A stretch of 64,000 bases of DNA from Anaerolineae bacterium (GCA_023384355.1 JAHDWL010000002.1:159667-223666), one strand, 5' to 3'; positions 1 through 9,627 are shown, counted from the stretch's first letter. Numbers and translations: made by a program. Notes: generated from the letters alone by a model not told the origin.

Positions 1-508
1 GTCCGGGCGGTGCATGGTCCAGCGTGAACTGGAGGGCATTGTGGATGATGGCTGACTGGATTTTGTGGTAGTCGTCCAGAACCAGGATCAACGGCCGTTG
101 CTCCTCAAGGTTGCCGGTTTCGTTCAGCAGGGATGTGATGATTGCCTCGACGGGCAGCGGATCGGAAACCCCCCACAGGGTTTGGTTCAACGGCCGCCAG
201 TCGATTCCCGCCTCCTGAATTCCGGCGGCGACATATTCAAGGAAGCGACCGGGGTTGTTGTCGTCATCGTCCAACGATACCCAGGCAATGTGGACGGGCA
301 GGTCGGCCGGTTCTGCCTCTAGCTGATGCAACCAGGCGGCGATCAGGGTTGTCTTGCCGTACCCGGCCGGAGCCGAGACCAGCGTCAGCGGACGCCCGAG
401 GCGCAACCCTTCCTCAAGCTGCCGGCGCAGACGCGGGCGCGTCACCATGTTGGCCCGCGCGGGCGGGATGTAGAATTTGGTTCTGAGTAGATCGCCCTTG
501 ATGTCCAT
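1..508 (-). CDS. MalT-type LuxR-family transcriptional regulator, N-terminal part (runs off window start)
   Basis: Not in ORF track; manual translation from ATG at 508: MDIKGDLLRTKFYIPPARANMVTRPRL...LTLVSAPAGYGKTTL (Walker A)...WVSLDDDDNNPGRF...LILVLDDYH...LDHAPP, the MalT-like STAND N-terminus. Divergent from the ABC exporter. Confidence 0.85.
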   Translation of the reverse strand, partial: MDIKGDLLRTKFYIPPARANMVTRPRLRRQLEEGLRLGRPLTLVSAPAGYGKTTLIAAWLHQLEAEPADLPVHIAWVSLDDDDNNPGRFLEYVAAGIQEAGIDWRPLNQTLWGVSDPLPVEAIITSLLNETGNLEEQRPLILVLDDYHKIQSAIIHNALQFTLDHAPPG

Positions 509-681
509 CTGCCCGGCCCGATCCGTGCCTGTTGTCTCCTCGGCCCGACCTTGCCGGAGTATAACACCGCCGGTCGATCCAGGGGCAGCAATTGTCCCGA
601 CTACTGCCGATTAATCCGCCAGTGACCTTGACACCGGCTTCCCCTGCCGTTACAGTGCAAACTATCGCGGAGTCAAGCAAG

Positions 682-1602
682 ATGATCAACACAAGCAATC
701 TGACCAAAACATTCGGGGAACACGCCGCCGTCGACCGGCTGACGCTTGATATCGCCGACGGGGAAGTCTTCGGCTTTCTGGGGCCGAATGGGGCGGGCAA
801 GACGACGACCATCCGCATGCTTACCTGCCTCATCGCGCCGACTTCAGGCAGCGCGCGTGTTCTCGATTACGAAGTCGGCCGCGACGACCAACAGATTCGG
901 CGTAATGTCGGCATCCTGACCGAAACGCCGGGCATGTACGACCGGCTGTCGGCGTACCGCAATCTATCCATCTTCGCCCGCCTGTATGAGGTTGAGAAGG
1001 TTGATTTCCAGGTGGAAAAGTATCTGAAGCTGCTGGGCCTCTGGGAGCGACGCAACGATCCGGTGGGTGAGTTCAGCAAGGGCATGCGCCAGAAGCTGGC
1101 CATCGGACGCGCCTTGCTCCACGAGCCGCGGGTGCTTTTCCTCGACGAGCCGACGTCGGCCCTCGACCCCGAAGCGTCCCGCCTCGTCCACGATTTCATC
1201 GGCGAGTTGAAGGGGCGTGGACGGACGATCTTCCTCTGCACCCACAACCTCGACGAAGCGGATCGCCTGTGCGATCGTGTGGCTGTCTTCAAGACCCACT
1301 TGCGCGTGGTGGACACGCCCGGGCGTTTGCGACAGCAAGTCTACGGACGGCAGGTCGTCTTTCATCTGGCGGGGCCGGCTGAGACGTTTCTGCCCATCGT
1401 TCAGGCGTTGCCGTTCGTCAAGGCGGCCGAGGCGAAAGAGGATAAGCTGATTCTTTCTCTTGACGATCCGGAGACCCACAATCCCGATATCGTTCGCGCT
1501 CTGGTCGGAGCCGGGGCCGGGATTCAATTCGTGGGCGAATTACGCTACTCTCTGGAGGATGTCTATCTGCAGCTCATGAAGGAAGAGCCGGCGACCGCCT
1601 GA
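682..1602 (+). CDS. ABC exporter ATP-binding protein
   Basis: GPNGAGKTT Walker A, FSKGMRQK signature, LFLDEP Walker B; start moved to ATG 682 (MINTSNLTKTFG). Confidence 0.92.
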   Translation: MINTSNLTKTFGEHAAVDRLTLDIADGEVFGFLGPNGAGKTTTIRMLTCLIAPTSGSARVLDYEVGRDDQQIRRNVGILTETPGMYDRLSAYRNLSIFARLYEVEKVDFQVEKYLKLLGLWERRNDPVGEFSKGMRQKLAIGRALLHEPRVLFLDEPTSALDPEASRLVHDFIGELKGRGRTIFLCTHNLDEADRLCDRVAVFKTHLRVVDTPGRLRQQVYGRQVVFHLAGPAETFLPIVQALPFVKAAEAKEDKLILSLDDPETHNPDIVRALVGAGAGIQFVGELRYSLEDVYLQLMKEEPATA

Positions 1603-1623
1603 GCGCCATGCGGGGAAAACGTC

Positions 1624-2415
1624 ATGGATAAAATCATCACGATCATCAGCAAGGAATGGGCTGAGGTTTTCAAGAACAAGCTGGTCTTTTTTTCGGTGCT
1701 GTTTCTGCCGCTCATTCTGGCTGCCCTCCCGCTGGGGATGTTATTCGCCTTCTCCCGGATCGAGGGGATGGAAACGGAACTTAACGATCCGGAAATCATG
1801 AAACTGGCGGGGCAAATGTGTGTTGGCCTGAACCCTATGGACTGTTCCCTGGTTTATACACTCAACTTGTTTGTCCTCATGTTCATGATCCTGCCGGTCG
1901 CCATTCCCGTCACCATCGCCGCCTACAGCATCGTCGGCGAGAAGATGACGCGCAGCCTGGAGCCGCTGCTGGCGACGCCGATCACCACCGTCGAGCTGTT
2001 GACGGCCAAGATTATCGCCGCCGTCGTGCCGGCTATCGCCGCGACGTGGGTGGCGTTCGGTATATTTTTTATCGGCGCGTGGTTGTTGACGCCGCCGGCG
2101 GTCTTCGCTGCGTTTTTCAAACCCCACTGGTTGCTGGCCATCTTTGTGGTTGCTCCGCTGCTGACGATCCTGGCCACCTGCATCGCGGTTATCGTGTCCT
2201 CGCGTGTAACCGACCCGCGCGTGGCTGAGCAACTTTCGGCGCTTGTTATCCTGCCGCTGATTTTGCTCGTGGTCGGGCAATCCATGGGGCTGATACTCAT
2301 CGATGAGCAATTGATGTTTCTGCTGGGCGGAATCGTTCTTGCGCTCGACGTGATCCTCCTCTATCTTGCCATCCGGCTTTTCCAGCGCGAGACGATTCTG
2401 ACGCGCTGGAAGTAG
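1624..2415 (+). CDS. ABC-2 type exporter permease
   Basis: About 6 hydrophobic segments; IVGEKMTRSLEPLLATP motif typical of ABC-2 permeases; follows the ATPase. Confidence 0.88.
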   Translation: MDKIITIISKEWAEVFKNKLVFFSVLFLPLILAALPLGMLFAFSRIEGMETELNDPEIMKLAGQMCVGLNPMDCSLVYTLNLFVLMFMILPVAIPVTIAAYSIVGEKMTRSLEPLLATPITTVELLTAKIIAAVVPAIAATWVAFGIFFIGAWLLTPPAVFAAFFKPHWLLAIFVVAPLLTILATCIAVIVSSRVTDPRVAEQLSALVILPLILLVVGQSMGLILIDEQLMFLLGGIVLALDVILLYLAIRLFQRETILTRWK

Positions 2416-2487
2416 GTTGGAGGACCGAAATCTAATTAAATTCCGATAGACGATTTAATGTGGGAATGATATACTATGGTCACATTC

Positions 2488-2901
2488 GGGGATGACTGGC
2501 TTCGACGGGGAAGGCTGGCCCTGGATTGCAAGCCGAGCACGCTTTACATCTCGTAAAACTGGAAGCAAACGCATAAGTGCCAACCGCACCAATGCATACA
2601 GCGCTCTCCCCATGGCTGCCTAAAGCGGCCCAGGGATAGCCAAGATGTTCCCCTAAACAAGGAACCCGTTCGCTTTTGTCCTCTCGTCGGCTGGGCAATT
2701 GCGGGCGACATCAATGCCGACGTGCTCCGCGCTGATCCCGATAAGCGAGGCTAGAGACGCCCTTTCGGGGGTAATCGGGTAGGGCCGGCTGACCCAGTTG
2801 ATCGGGGCGCCCGGCACCGAACCTAAATAGATCGACTAAGCTTGTAGACATCCGGAGGTCGAATTTTTCGGACGCGGGTTCGATTCCCGCCATCTCCACC
2901 A
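2488..2901 (+). ncRNA. ssrA: tmRNA (transfer-messenger RNA); tag reading frame 2579-2623 encoding ANRTNAYSALPMAA*
   Basis: 5' GGGGATGACTGGCTTCGAC pairs with 3' CATCTCC-ACCA, with a G3-U wobble; T-arm GCGGG-TTCGATT-CCCGC; internal tag ORF after ATAAGT ends in Ala-Ala-stop. Confidence 0.95.
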
Positions 2902-2916
2902 CAGGCATTTGCCCGG

Positions 2917-2951
2917 CAACAGGCCACCGCACAAGTGGCCTGTTGTTGTTT
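2917..2951 (+). terminator. Intrinsic terminator downstream of ssrA
   Basis: CAACAGGCCAC-cgcacaa-GTGGCCTGTTG perfect 11-bp stem followed by TTGTTT. Confidence 0.75.
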
Positions 2952-3030
2952 CACGGGCGTGGGGTGTGACCCTTATAATGTCACTGTTCCGGCGACATTC
3001 AGGAAACTTCGTCACCTGTTTGTTACTAAT

Positions 3031-3059
3031 TTGACAGGAAAACTGTAGCGCACTATACT
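3031..3059 (+). promoter_or_regulatory. Sigma70-type promoter of the ABC importer operon
   Basis: TTGACA-17 nt-TATACT. Confidence 0.75.
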
Positions 3060-3397
3060 AGCCAAATCAGGTTTGTAATGCTTTAAATATAATGACATTG
3101 TCTGTCCCGACACTGGTTATAAATAGTTCCGCGAAAATAAAACGCAACCACAACCCGCGCTGACGCACGGGCGAAGGTTGCGTTTTTGTATTTCAGGCAG
3201 GAACATCTGAACGGGAAGCAAGAGGAGGTGGTGCCGCGGTCCAGAGTGAACCAGGAAATTAAAACCAAGTGCAGATTGGAGCCAATTTCAAATTTGTAGA
3301 TGCTGTTTGGTAGACGTCGAAAAAGTCCGGCCCGATTACGCAATCGAGTACAGGCCGGGACAAAAACCTGACTATCGTTAGAGGAGGACAATCTAAC

Positions 3398-5998
3398 ATG
3401 TCGAAGAAAACATGGGCACTCGTTGCCCTGCTGGTATTGGTAGGTGGCATCCTCGCCGCCTGTGGCGGGCAGACCGTCGTCGAAGTTACCCGCGTCGTCA
3501 CCGAGACTGAGGTCGTCGAGGGTGAGCCTGAGGTCGTCGAGGTCGAAGTGACCTCCGCGCCTGTTGAAGTCGAAGTTACCCGCGTTGTCGAAGTTGAAGC
3601 TGTTGATCCTGAAGAGACCACCCGCACCGGCGGCTGGCTCGACACGATCGTGATCGTCCGTGAGCCGGATGCCAACGCGGCCGTTGCCCGTCTGGAAGCC
3701 GGCGACATGCACATGTACGCTGACGACATCGCCGGCGAAGCCGCTACACAGGCTATCGCCTCCGATAACATCCAGACCCGTACCCAATACGGTCTTTTTG
3801 ACGAGTTGCTCTTCAACATCGCCACCTGCGCCGATGAGACCAAGTTCAACCCGTTCTCCAACATGAAGATCAATGAGGCGATGAACTACGCCATTGATCG
3901 CGACTACGTCGCCCAGGAGCTGTATAACGGTCTGGCCGTGCCCAAGTACACGACCATAGCCGAAGCCAGCGCCGACCGCGGTCGTTTCGCCAAGGAGATC
4001 CGCGAGCTTGAGGCGAAGTATGCCTATAACTATGACAAGGCTGTTGAAACTATCACGGCTGAGATGGAAGGCATGGGCGCCGAGATGGTTGACGGCAAGT
4101 GGACCTACAACGGTCAGCCGGTCACGTTGATCTTCCTTATCCGTACCGAAGACACCCGCTTGCTGATCGGCGGTTACATCGCCACCCAGCTGGAGAACAT
4201 GGGCTTCACCGTTGAGCGCGTCGAGCGCACCTCGGGCGAGTTGAGCCCGCTGTGGGTTTCGGGCGATCCGACCCTCTGCGAGTGGAACCTCTACACCGGC
4301 GCCTGGAGCCAGACGGCCATCGACCGCGAATCCAACTCCTCCTTCGAGCAGTATTACACCAATCGCGTCCTGCCCTGGCCGCTGTGGGCGCTCTACGCCC
4401 CGCCCGCCGAACTGGACGAGGCTGCGGCGAAGGTCTTCAACGCTGATTTCGCCTCGATCGATGAGCGCAACGAGGTGTTCCGCACCGCACTGCCGCTGTC
4501 GATGGAATACGCGACCCGCGACTGGATCACCAGCCGCACGACCGTTGTCCCGTTCCGCAATGAAGTCTCTGTGACGACCGACCTGGCCGGTGGCGTCAGC
4601 GGCGCCGCGCTGTGGTCCAAGACCATCCGCTTCGCGGACGAGGTCGGCGGCGCCATGAACGTCGGTCTGCCCAGCGTCTTCACCGAGCCCTTCAACCCGT
4701 TTGGCGGTTCGAACTGGGTCTTCGACCAGATGGTAATCCGCGGCGTCGGCGATCTGGGTATCTACTCCGACCCGAATACCGGCCTGGGCATCCTGGGCCG
4801 TGTTGAGCGTGCCGAGCTGACGGTCCGCGATGGCTATCCCATGACGTCGTCGTCCGACTGGGTTACGCTCTCCTTCGAGCCTGAAGTCGTCGTTCCCGAC
4901 GACGCCTGGGCCGGCTGGGATGCCGAGAACCAGGTCTTCCTGACCGCGGCCGATGTCTACACCGAGACGCAGACCGCGTTGCTCAAGTCGACCGTCTATT
5001 ACCCGGCGGACATGTACCAGACCGTTACCTGGCACGACGGCAGCCCGATCAGCGCGGCCGACTTCGTCATGGCTATGATCACGGCCTTCGACCTGGGCGA
5101 TCCGGCCAGCGCGAACTACGATGAGGCGCTGGTACCGACCCGCGAGCAGTTCCTGTCCGCTTTCAAGGGTGTCCGCATCGCCTCCGTCGATCCGCTCGTG
5201 ATCGAGACCTGGACCGACGCGGGTAGCCTGGACGCCGAGAACGCTGTCCAGACCTGGTGGCCGGCTGCTGCCTACGATTACTCCGACGCCGCCTGGCACA
5301 ACATGGCGGTCATGCTGCGCGGTGACGCGAATGGCGGGTTTGCCTTCACGCCCGACAAGGCCGCCGCTAACGAGATCGAGCAGGCCAACCTGGTTGCGGG
5401 CCCGTCCCTCGAGGTTCTGGCTTCCGAGCTGATTTCGGCCACCGCCGAGTCCTACATCCCCTACGCCCCGACCCTGGGTCAGTATGTGACTGCTGAGGAC
5501 GCGACCGCCCGGTATAACAACCTGGCCGAGTTCGCGCGCCGCTACGGCCACTACTACATCTCCACCGGCCCGTACTTCCTGTCCGGTGTGTTCCCGGTCG
5601 AGGGACAGGCTGTTCTGACCCGCTACGCGGCCCACCCCGATCTGGCCAGCCGCTACGCCGCTTTCGCCGCCCCGGCCTTCCCGGTGACGGAGATTGACGG
5701 ACCGGCACGAGTGACCATCGGGGAGGAAGCAGCCTTCGATATCTTCATCGACGTCTTCGATGGACCGTATCCGGTCGATGATATCCAGTCTGTGAGCTAC
5801 ATGGTCTTCGGCGCTGACGGTTCGATGGTTGCTGACGGCACGGCTGAGGCTGTGGAAGACGGTGTCTGGCAGGCGGTTCTGCCCGCTGACGTGACCGGAG
5901 CCATGGCCGAAGGGTCGAACCGGCTGGACGTCGTCGTCGTCTCCAAGCTGGTTGCCATCCCCGGCCTGTCCAGCTACGAGTTCGTAACTGCCCCGTAG
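3398..5998 (+). CDS. Peptide/nickel (family 5) ABC transporter substrate-binding lipoprotein, 866 aa
   Basis: Signal peptide with lipobox ILAAC; strong RBS GAGGAGG; SBP5-like motifs (NPFSNMKINEAMNYAIDR, TGPYFL); strongly C/T-biased codons consistent with high expression; followed by two permeases and ATPases. Confidence 0.9.
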   Translation: MSKKTWALVALLVLVGGILAACGGQTVVEVTRVVTETEVVEGEPEVVEVEVTSAPVEVEVTRVVEVEAVDPEETTRTGGWLDTIVIVREPDANAAVARLEAGDMHMYADDIAGEAATQAIASDNIQTRTQYGLFDELLFNIATCADETKFNPFSNMKINEAMNYAIDRDYVAQELYNGLAVPKYTTIAEASADRGRFAKEIRELEAKYAYNYDKAVETITAEMEGMGAEMVDGKWTYNGQPVTLIFLIRTEDTRLLIGGYIATQLENMGFTVERVERTSGELSPLWVSGDPTLCEWNLYTGAWSQTAIDRESNSSFEQYYTNRVLPWPLWALYAPPAELDEAAAKVFNADFASIDERNEVFRTALPLSMEYATRDWITSRTTVVPFRNEVSVTTDLAGGVSGAALWSKTIRFADEVGGAMNVGLPSVFTEPFNPFGGSNWVFDQMVIRGVGDLGIYSDPNTGLGILGRVERAELTVRDGYPMTSSSDWVTLSFEPEVVVPDDAWAGWDAENQVFLTAADVYTETQTALLKSTVYYPADMYQTVTWHDGSPISAADFVMAMITAFDLGDPASANYDEALVPTREQFLSAFKGVRIASVDPLVIETWTDAGSLDAENAVQTWWPAAAYDYSDAAWHNMAVMLRGDANGGFAFTPDKAAANEIEQANLVAGPSLEVLASELISATAESYIPYAPTLGQYVTAEDATARYNNLAEFARRYGHYYISTGPYFLSGVFPVEGQAVLTRYAAHPDLASRYAAFAAPAFPVTEIDGPARVTIGEEAAFDIFIDVFDGPYPVDDIQSVSYMVFGADGSMVADGTAEAVEDGVWQAVLPADVTGAMAEGSNRLDVVVVSKLVAIPGLSSYEFVTAP

Positions 5999-6054
5999 CC
6001 TCGCTTTTCTATCCGGTAGCACGGTCAAGTGACTGTGCTAGAATTTAAGTAGTG

Positions 6055-6086
6055 AGGAGGAGGTGACTTTTGAGTCACCTCCTCCT
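6055..6086 (+). terminator. Stem-loop between SBP and permease genes (partial terminator or mRNA-stabilising hairpin)
   Basis: AGGAGGAGGTGACT-tttg-AGTCACCTCCTCCT perfect 14-bp stem. Confidence 0.6.
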
Positions 6087-6132
6087 GCATGATTTCGTGC
6101 TCTCGGATCACAAACGTACATGAGGTGTGGCT

Positions 6133-7296
6133 ATGGCCGCAAACACTATCACAGGCGATTTTAATATTAACGCTGAAGTGGATGTCGAATCCATTGAGGC
6201 CTCGGCCCGCAAAGCCCGCATGCAGGGTATCAAGCGCCTGGTGCGTTATACCCTCCTTAAGCTGGTGGCGCTGGTGTTCACCGTAGCCGTCGGCGTGTAT
6301 ATCACGATTGTCGTGGCCAATATGGGCGGTGCGGTGGACAAGATCCGCCTGGGCACGATACGTGAAAGCGTGGCCCTGGCTGCCACTGCCGACCCAGCCT
6401 TCAAAACAATGAATAGCGAGCAGCGTGTCGCGTACATAAATTCGCGCGTTGACCTCGAAATCAAACGATATGGGCTGGATCGTCCGTTCCTAGTGCGCAG
6501 CTTTGAATATCTGTGGGACGGCATGACCCTGAATTTTGGCTTTTCCCAGCAGTTGGTCAGTGACAGCGGCTCACGCCTGGTGAGGAACATCCTTTTGGAA
6601 CGACTGCCCTCCACCTTGCTCCTGTTTGGCAGCGCAAACCTGATATTATTTTTTGTGGCCTTGTTTGCCGGGCTAAGCCTATCGCGACGTTACGGCAGTA
6701 TGGCGGACAAGGTGGTGCTGGCTCTGGCGCCGACCTCGGCCGCGCCAGCCTGGTTCTATGGTTTGTTTTTGATCCTGATATTTGCGGCAATGCTCAAAGT
6801 ATTGCCTTTTGGCGGGATGGTGTCCGCGCCGCCGCCCGATAACCCCGTGGATTACCTCCTGAGCCTGTTGAACCACATGATCTTGCCGATGGCGGCGTGG
6901 CTCATATCGGCGATTTTCTTGACGGCCTATAACTGGCGCACGTTCTTTCTTATCTACTCAAGCGAGGACTACGTGGAGATGGCCAAGGCGAAAGGTCTTT
7001 CGGACAGGATGATCGAGCGGCGCTATATCCTGCGCCCTACCCTGCCCAATATCATCACCAGCTTCGCCTTGCTCCTGATCACGCTCTGGACCGGGGCCAT
7101 CATCTTTGAGACCGTCTTCAACTGGCCCGGCATCGGCCAGCTTTACTATCGGGCTATCGGCGCTTTTGATACCCCGGTGATTGTTGCCAATGTTGTGTTG
7201 TACGCTTACCTGCTGGCACTGACCGTCTTCGTGCTGGACTTTGTCTATGCGCTGGTCGATCCGCGCGTCCGGGTGGGCGATGGGGGCCGAAAATAA
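6133..7296 (+). CDS. Peptide/nickel ABC transporter permease (OppB/DppB-like)
   Basis: ERLPSTLLL; EAA loop EDYVEMAKAKGLSDRMI; FETVFNWPGIG motif. Confidence 0.9.
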   Translation: MAANTITGDFNINAEVDVESIEASARKARMQGIKRLVRYTLLKLVALVFTVAVGVYITIVVANMGGAVDKIRLGTIRESVALAATADPAFKTMNSEQRVAYINSRVDLEIKRYGLDRPFLVRSFEYLWDGMTLNFGFSQQLVSDSGSRLVRNILLERLPSTLLLFGSANLILFFVALFAGLSLSRRYGSMADKVVLALAPTSAAPAWFYGLFLILIFAAMLKVLPFGGMVSAPPPDNPVDYLLSLLNHMILPMAAWLISAIFLTAYNWRTFFLIYSSEDYVEMAKAKGLSDRMIERRYILRPTLPNIITSFALLLITLWTGAIIFETVFNWPGIGQLYYRAIGAFDTPVIVANVVLYAYLLALTVFVLDFVYALVDPRVRVGDGGRK

Positions 7297-8657
7297 TGAA
7301 AGGGATTCTGAGCAGCCTGCGACAACTACGCCAGTATCCAACCGCCGTCATCGGCATGATTATCATTGGCTTGTTGTTGGTCGTTTCCATCATAACACCG
7401 ATCATCATGCCCTATAGCGAGGCTATCCGGCTTTGGCGCGGGGGCGAGCTTGTCTGGCGCTACTATCCCCGAAATGCCGCTCCGGCGTGGCAAAACTGGT
7501 TCACCAGTACTGACCTGGCGGCCTCGGTGATTATTGACAGCTCCAAAGGGGATATTGAACCGACATTCGAGCAGATATCGGCCGACACCCGCGAGGGTTT
7601 CTACAGCTATGAGTTTGACTTCCCTTACGATACCTTCCCCCCCGAAGTCATCCTGTTCGCCGCCGCCAAATATGCCAGTAAACAGCCTTTTGTCGAGTTG
7701 ACCTGGATCACACCGGACGGGCGCGAGATTCGCGCCGGTGAGTTTTCGGCCACAGCCAACACTTCGGTGCGCTTCGATCAGGATACCCGGTTGCAGCGTC
7801 GTCTGGAACGGGAGACGGGGATTAAAGGCATCACAGTTATTGAAGGCCTCTTCGATGATCCCAGCAAGGAAGGTATACAGGTACTTCAGGGAACCTACCG
7901 GCTCGATGCGACCGCGCTGTTGTTCGAGCCTGAATCGACTCTTGACATGACCTTTGTCAGCTATGGCAAGGTTCATGGACTGGCCGGGACCGATCACCAG
8001 CGGCGCGATTTGACGGTCGCCTTGCTATGGGGCACACCGATCGCCATGGCTTTTGGCTTGTTGGCCGCTGTTTTCACGACTGTCACGACGATGAGTATCG
8101 CGGCGTTCGGCGTGTGGACAGGCGGTTGGGTTGACGGGACCATTCAGCGCATCACCGAGGTCAACGCCATCATCCCTCTATTGCCAATTCTGATCATGGT
8201 CGGCACGCTATACAGTCGAAGCATCTGGCTCATGCTGGGTCTGGTCATCGTGCTCAGCATCTTTGGCCTGCAGATCAAGAATTACCGCGCCATCTTCCTG
8301 CAAGTCAAGGAATCACCCTACATCGACGCCGCTCGCGCCTATGGGGCCGGGAGCAACCGGATCATCTTCCGCTACCTGATCCCCCGTGTTCTTCCGCTGA
8401 TCATCCCCGCTATCGTGATTCTGGTGCCCGGCTTTGTGTTCCTTGAGGCTTCGCTGGCCGTCCTTGGTCTGGGTGACCCGGTTCTGCCGACCTGGGGCAA
8501 GTTGATCAACGACGCAAACACCCAGGGAGCGCTTTTCAACGGTTACTACTACTGGATTTTGTTACCGTCGGCGCTGCTGATGATCGCCGGCCTGGCGTTC
8601 GCTATGGTCGGTTTTGCGCTGGACCGGATATTCAATCCTCGTTTGCGTGAAGTGTAA
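7296..8657 (+). CDS. Peptide/nickel ABC transporter permease (OppC/DppC-like) with large extracytoplasmic insertion
   Basis: LAGTDHQRRD, EAA loop YIDAARAYGAGSNRII, EASLAVLGLGDP..PTWG motifs; start overlaps the upstream stop codon. Confidence 0.9.
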   Translation: MKGILSSLRQLRQYPTAVIGMIIIGLLLVVSIITPIIMPYSEAIRLWRGGELVWRYYPRNAAPAWQNWFTSTDLAASVIIDSSKGDIEPTFEQISADTREGFYSYEFDFPYDTFPPEVILFAAAKYASKQPFVELTWITPDGREIRAGEFSATANTSVRFDQDTRLQRRLERETGIKGITVIEGLFDDPSKEGIQVLQGTYRLDATALLFEPESTLDMTFVSYGKVHGLAGTDHQRRDLTVALLWGTPIAMAFGLLAAVFTTVTTMSIAAFGVWTGGWVDGTIQRITEVNAIIPLLPILIMVGTLYSRSIWLMLGLVIVLSIFGLQIKNYRAIFLQVKESPYIDAARAYGAGSNRIIFRYLIPRVLPLIIPAIVILVPGFVFLEASLAVLGLGDPVLPTWGKLINDANTQGALFNGYYYWILLPSALLMIAGLAFAMVGFALDRIFNPRLREV

Positions 8658-8661
8658 AGCT

Positions 8662-9627
8662 ATGGAACAGAAAAACGAACTGGTACTGAAGGTTCGCAAC
8701 CTTCGGTTGTACTTTAATACGCGCGGAGGCCCGGTCCAGGCAGTGGACGGAGTTGACTTCGATCTGCGCAAGAACGAGGCCACGGTCATCATTGGCGAAT
8801 CCGGTTGCGGTAAAAGCTCACTGGCCAAGGCCATCCTGCGCTTGTTGCCACGCAACGCCGGGATCTACGACGGCGAGATATGGCTCCACGATCAGAATAT
8901 TATGACGCTCGACAAGGAGGCCTACCGCAAGGAAATTCGCTGGAAGCGGATCTCGATGGTGCCTCAAGCGGCCATGAACGCCCTGAACCCGGTCATGAAG
9001 ATCGGCGACCAGGTGGCCGAGCCGGCCATGATCCACATGAACATGAACAACGAGGAGGCTACGAAAGCCGCGGTGCGCATGCTGGAGCATGTCGGCGTGC
9101 CCATTGACTTCCTCCATCGGTACTCCTTCGAGCTGAGCGGCGGCATGCGTCAGCGTTCGGCTTTGGCTATGGCGCTGGTCACGCTGCCCGATGTGGTCAT
9201 CCTGGATGAGCCGACTTCAGCCCTCGACGTGCTGACACAGGCAAGCATCATGAACTTGATGAAAAGGATGAAGCACGAGCTAGAAACTGCCTTTATCCTC
9301 ATCACCCATGACATTGCCACCTCCAGCGAACTGGCCGATAATGTCGCCGTCATGTATGCCGGCCAGGTTGTCGAGGTTGGCGATGCCCGTCGGTTCTTCA
9401 CACAACCGCTGCATCCCTATTCCCATGCCCTGATGGCCAGCGTGCCACGGCTCCGGGAAGTCGTTGAGCCGGAATTTATATCCGGACAGCCGCCCAGCCT
9501 GCTCAATCCACCCACGGGTTGCCGGTTCAAGGACCGCTGCCCGAAACGGTTTGATAAGTGTGACGAAGAACCACCGACTATCCTCTATGATGTCGACCGC
9601 AAGGTGAAGTGCTGGCTGTATGTATAA
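8662..9627 (+). CDS. Oligopeptide ABC ATPase (OppD-like)
   Basis: [25 protein letters not shown]-terminal PTGCRF...C oligo-ABC tail. Confidence 0.92.
   Translation: MEQKNELVLKVRNLRLYFNTRGGPVQAVDGVDFDLRKNEATVIIGESGCGKSSLAKAILRLLPRNAGIYDGEIWLHDQNIMTLDKEAYRKEIRWKRISMVPQAAMNALNPVMKIGDQVAEPAMIHMNMNNEEATKAAVRMLEHVGVPIDFLHRYSFELSGGMRQRSALAMALVTLPDVVILDEPTSALDVLTQASIMNLMKRMKHELETAFILITHDIATSSELADNVAVMYAGQVVEVGDARRFFTQPLHPYSHALMASVPRLREVVEPEFISGQPPSLLNPPTGCRFKDRCPKRFDKCDEEPPTILYDVDRKVKCWLYV

Noticed and set aside
2901-3030. Prophage or island integrated at ssrA (likewise at tRNA-Arg, 49380)
   Set aside because: No integrase, no duplicated 3' end, and core genes on both sides.
3172-3205. Glycine-riboswitch-like CGAAGG...TTTCAGGCAGGAAC
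   Set aside because: The GGAGA junction and P1 pairing are missing.
3227-3238. T-box-like GGTGGTGCCGCG in the SBP leader
   Set aside because: The bulge is UGGUGCC rather than UGGNACC; I found no CGUCC antiterminator partner and no stem I AG-bulge/GNUG motifs.
3083-6028. 981-aa minus-strand ORF
   Set aside because: Antisense shadow of the strongly codon-biased SBP gene; no motifs, and it would overlap a clear gene entirely.
6017-6040. CIRCE-like TAGCAC...GTGCTA
   Set aside because: The spacer is 12 nt instead of 13, the inner TC/GA bases are absent, and no chaperone gene is nearby.
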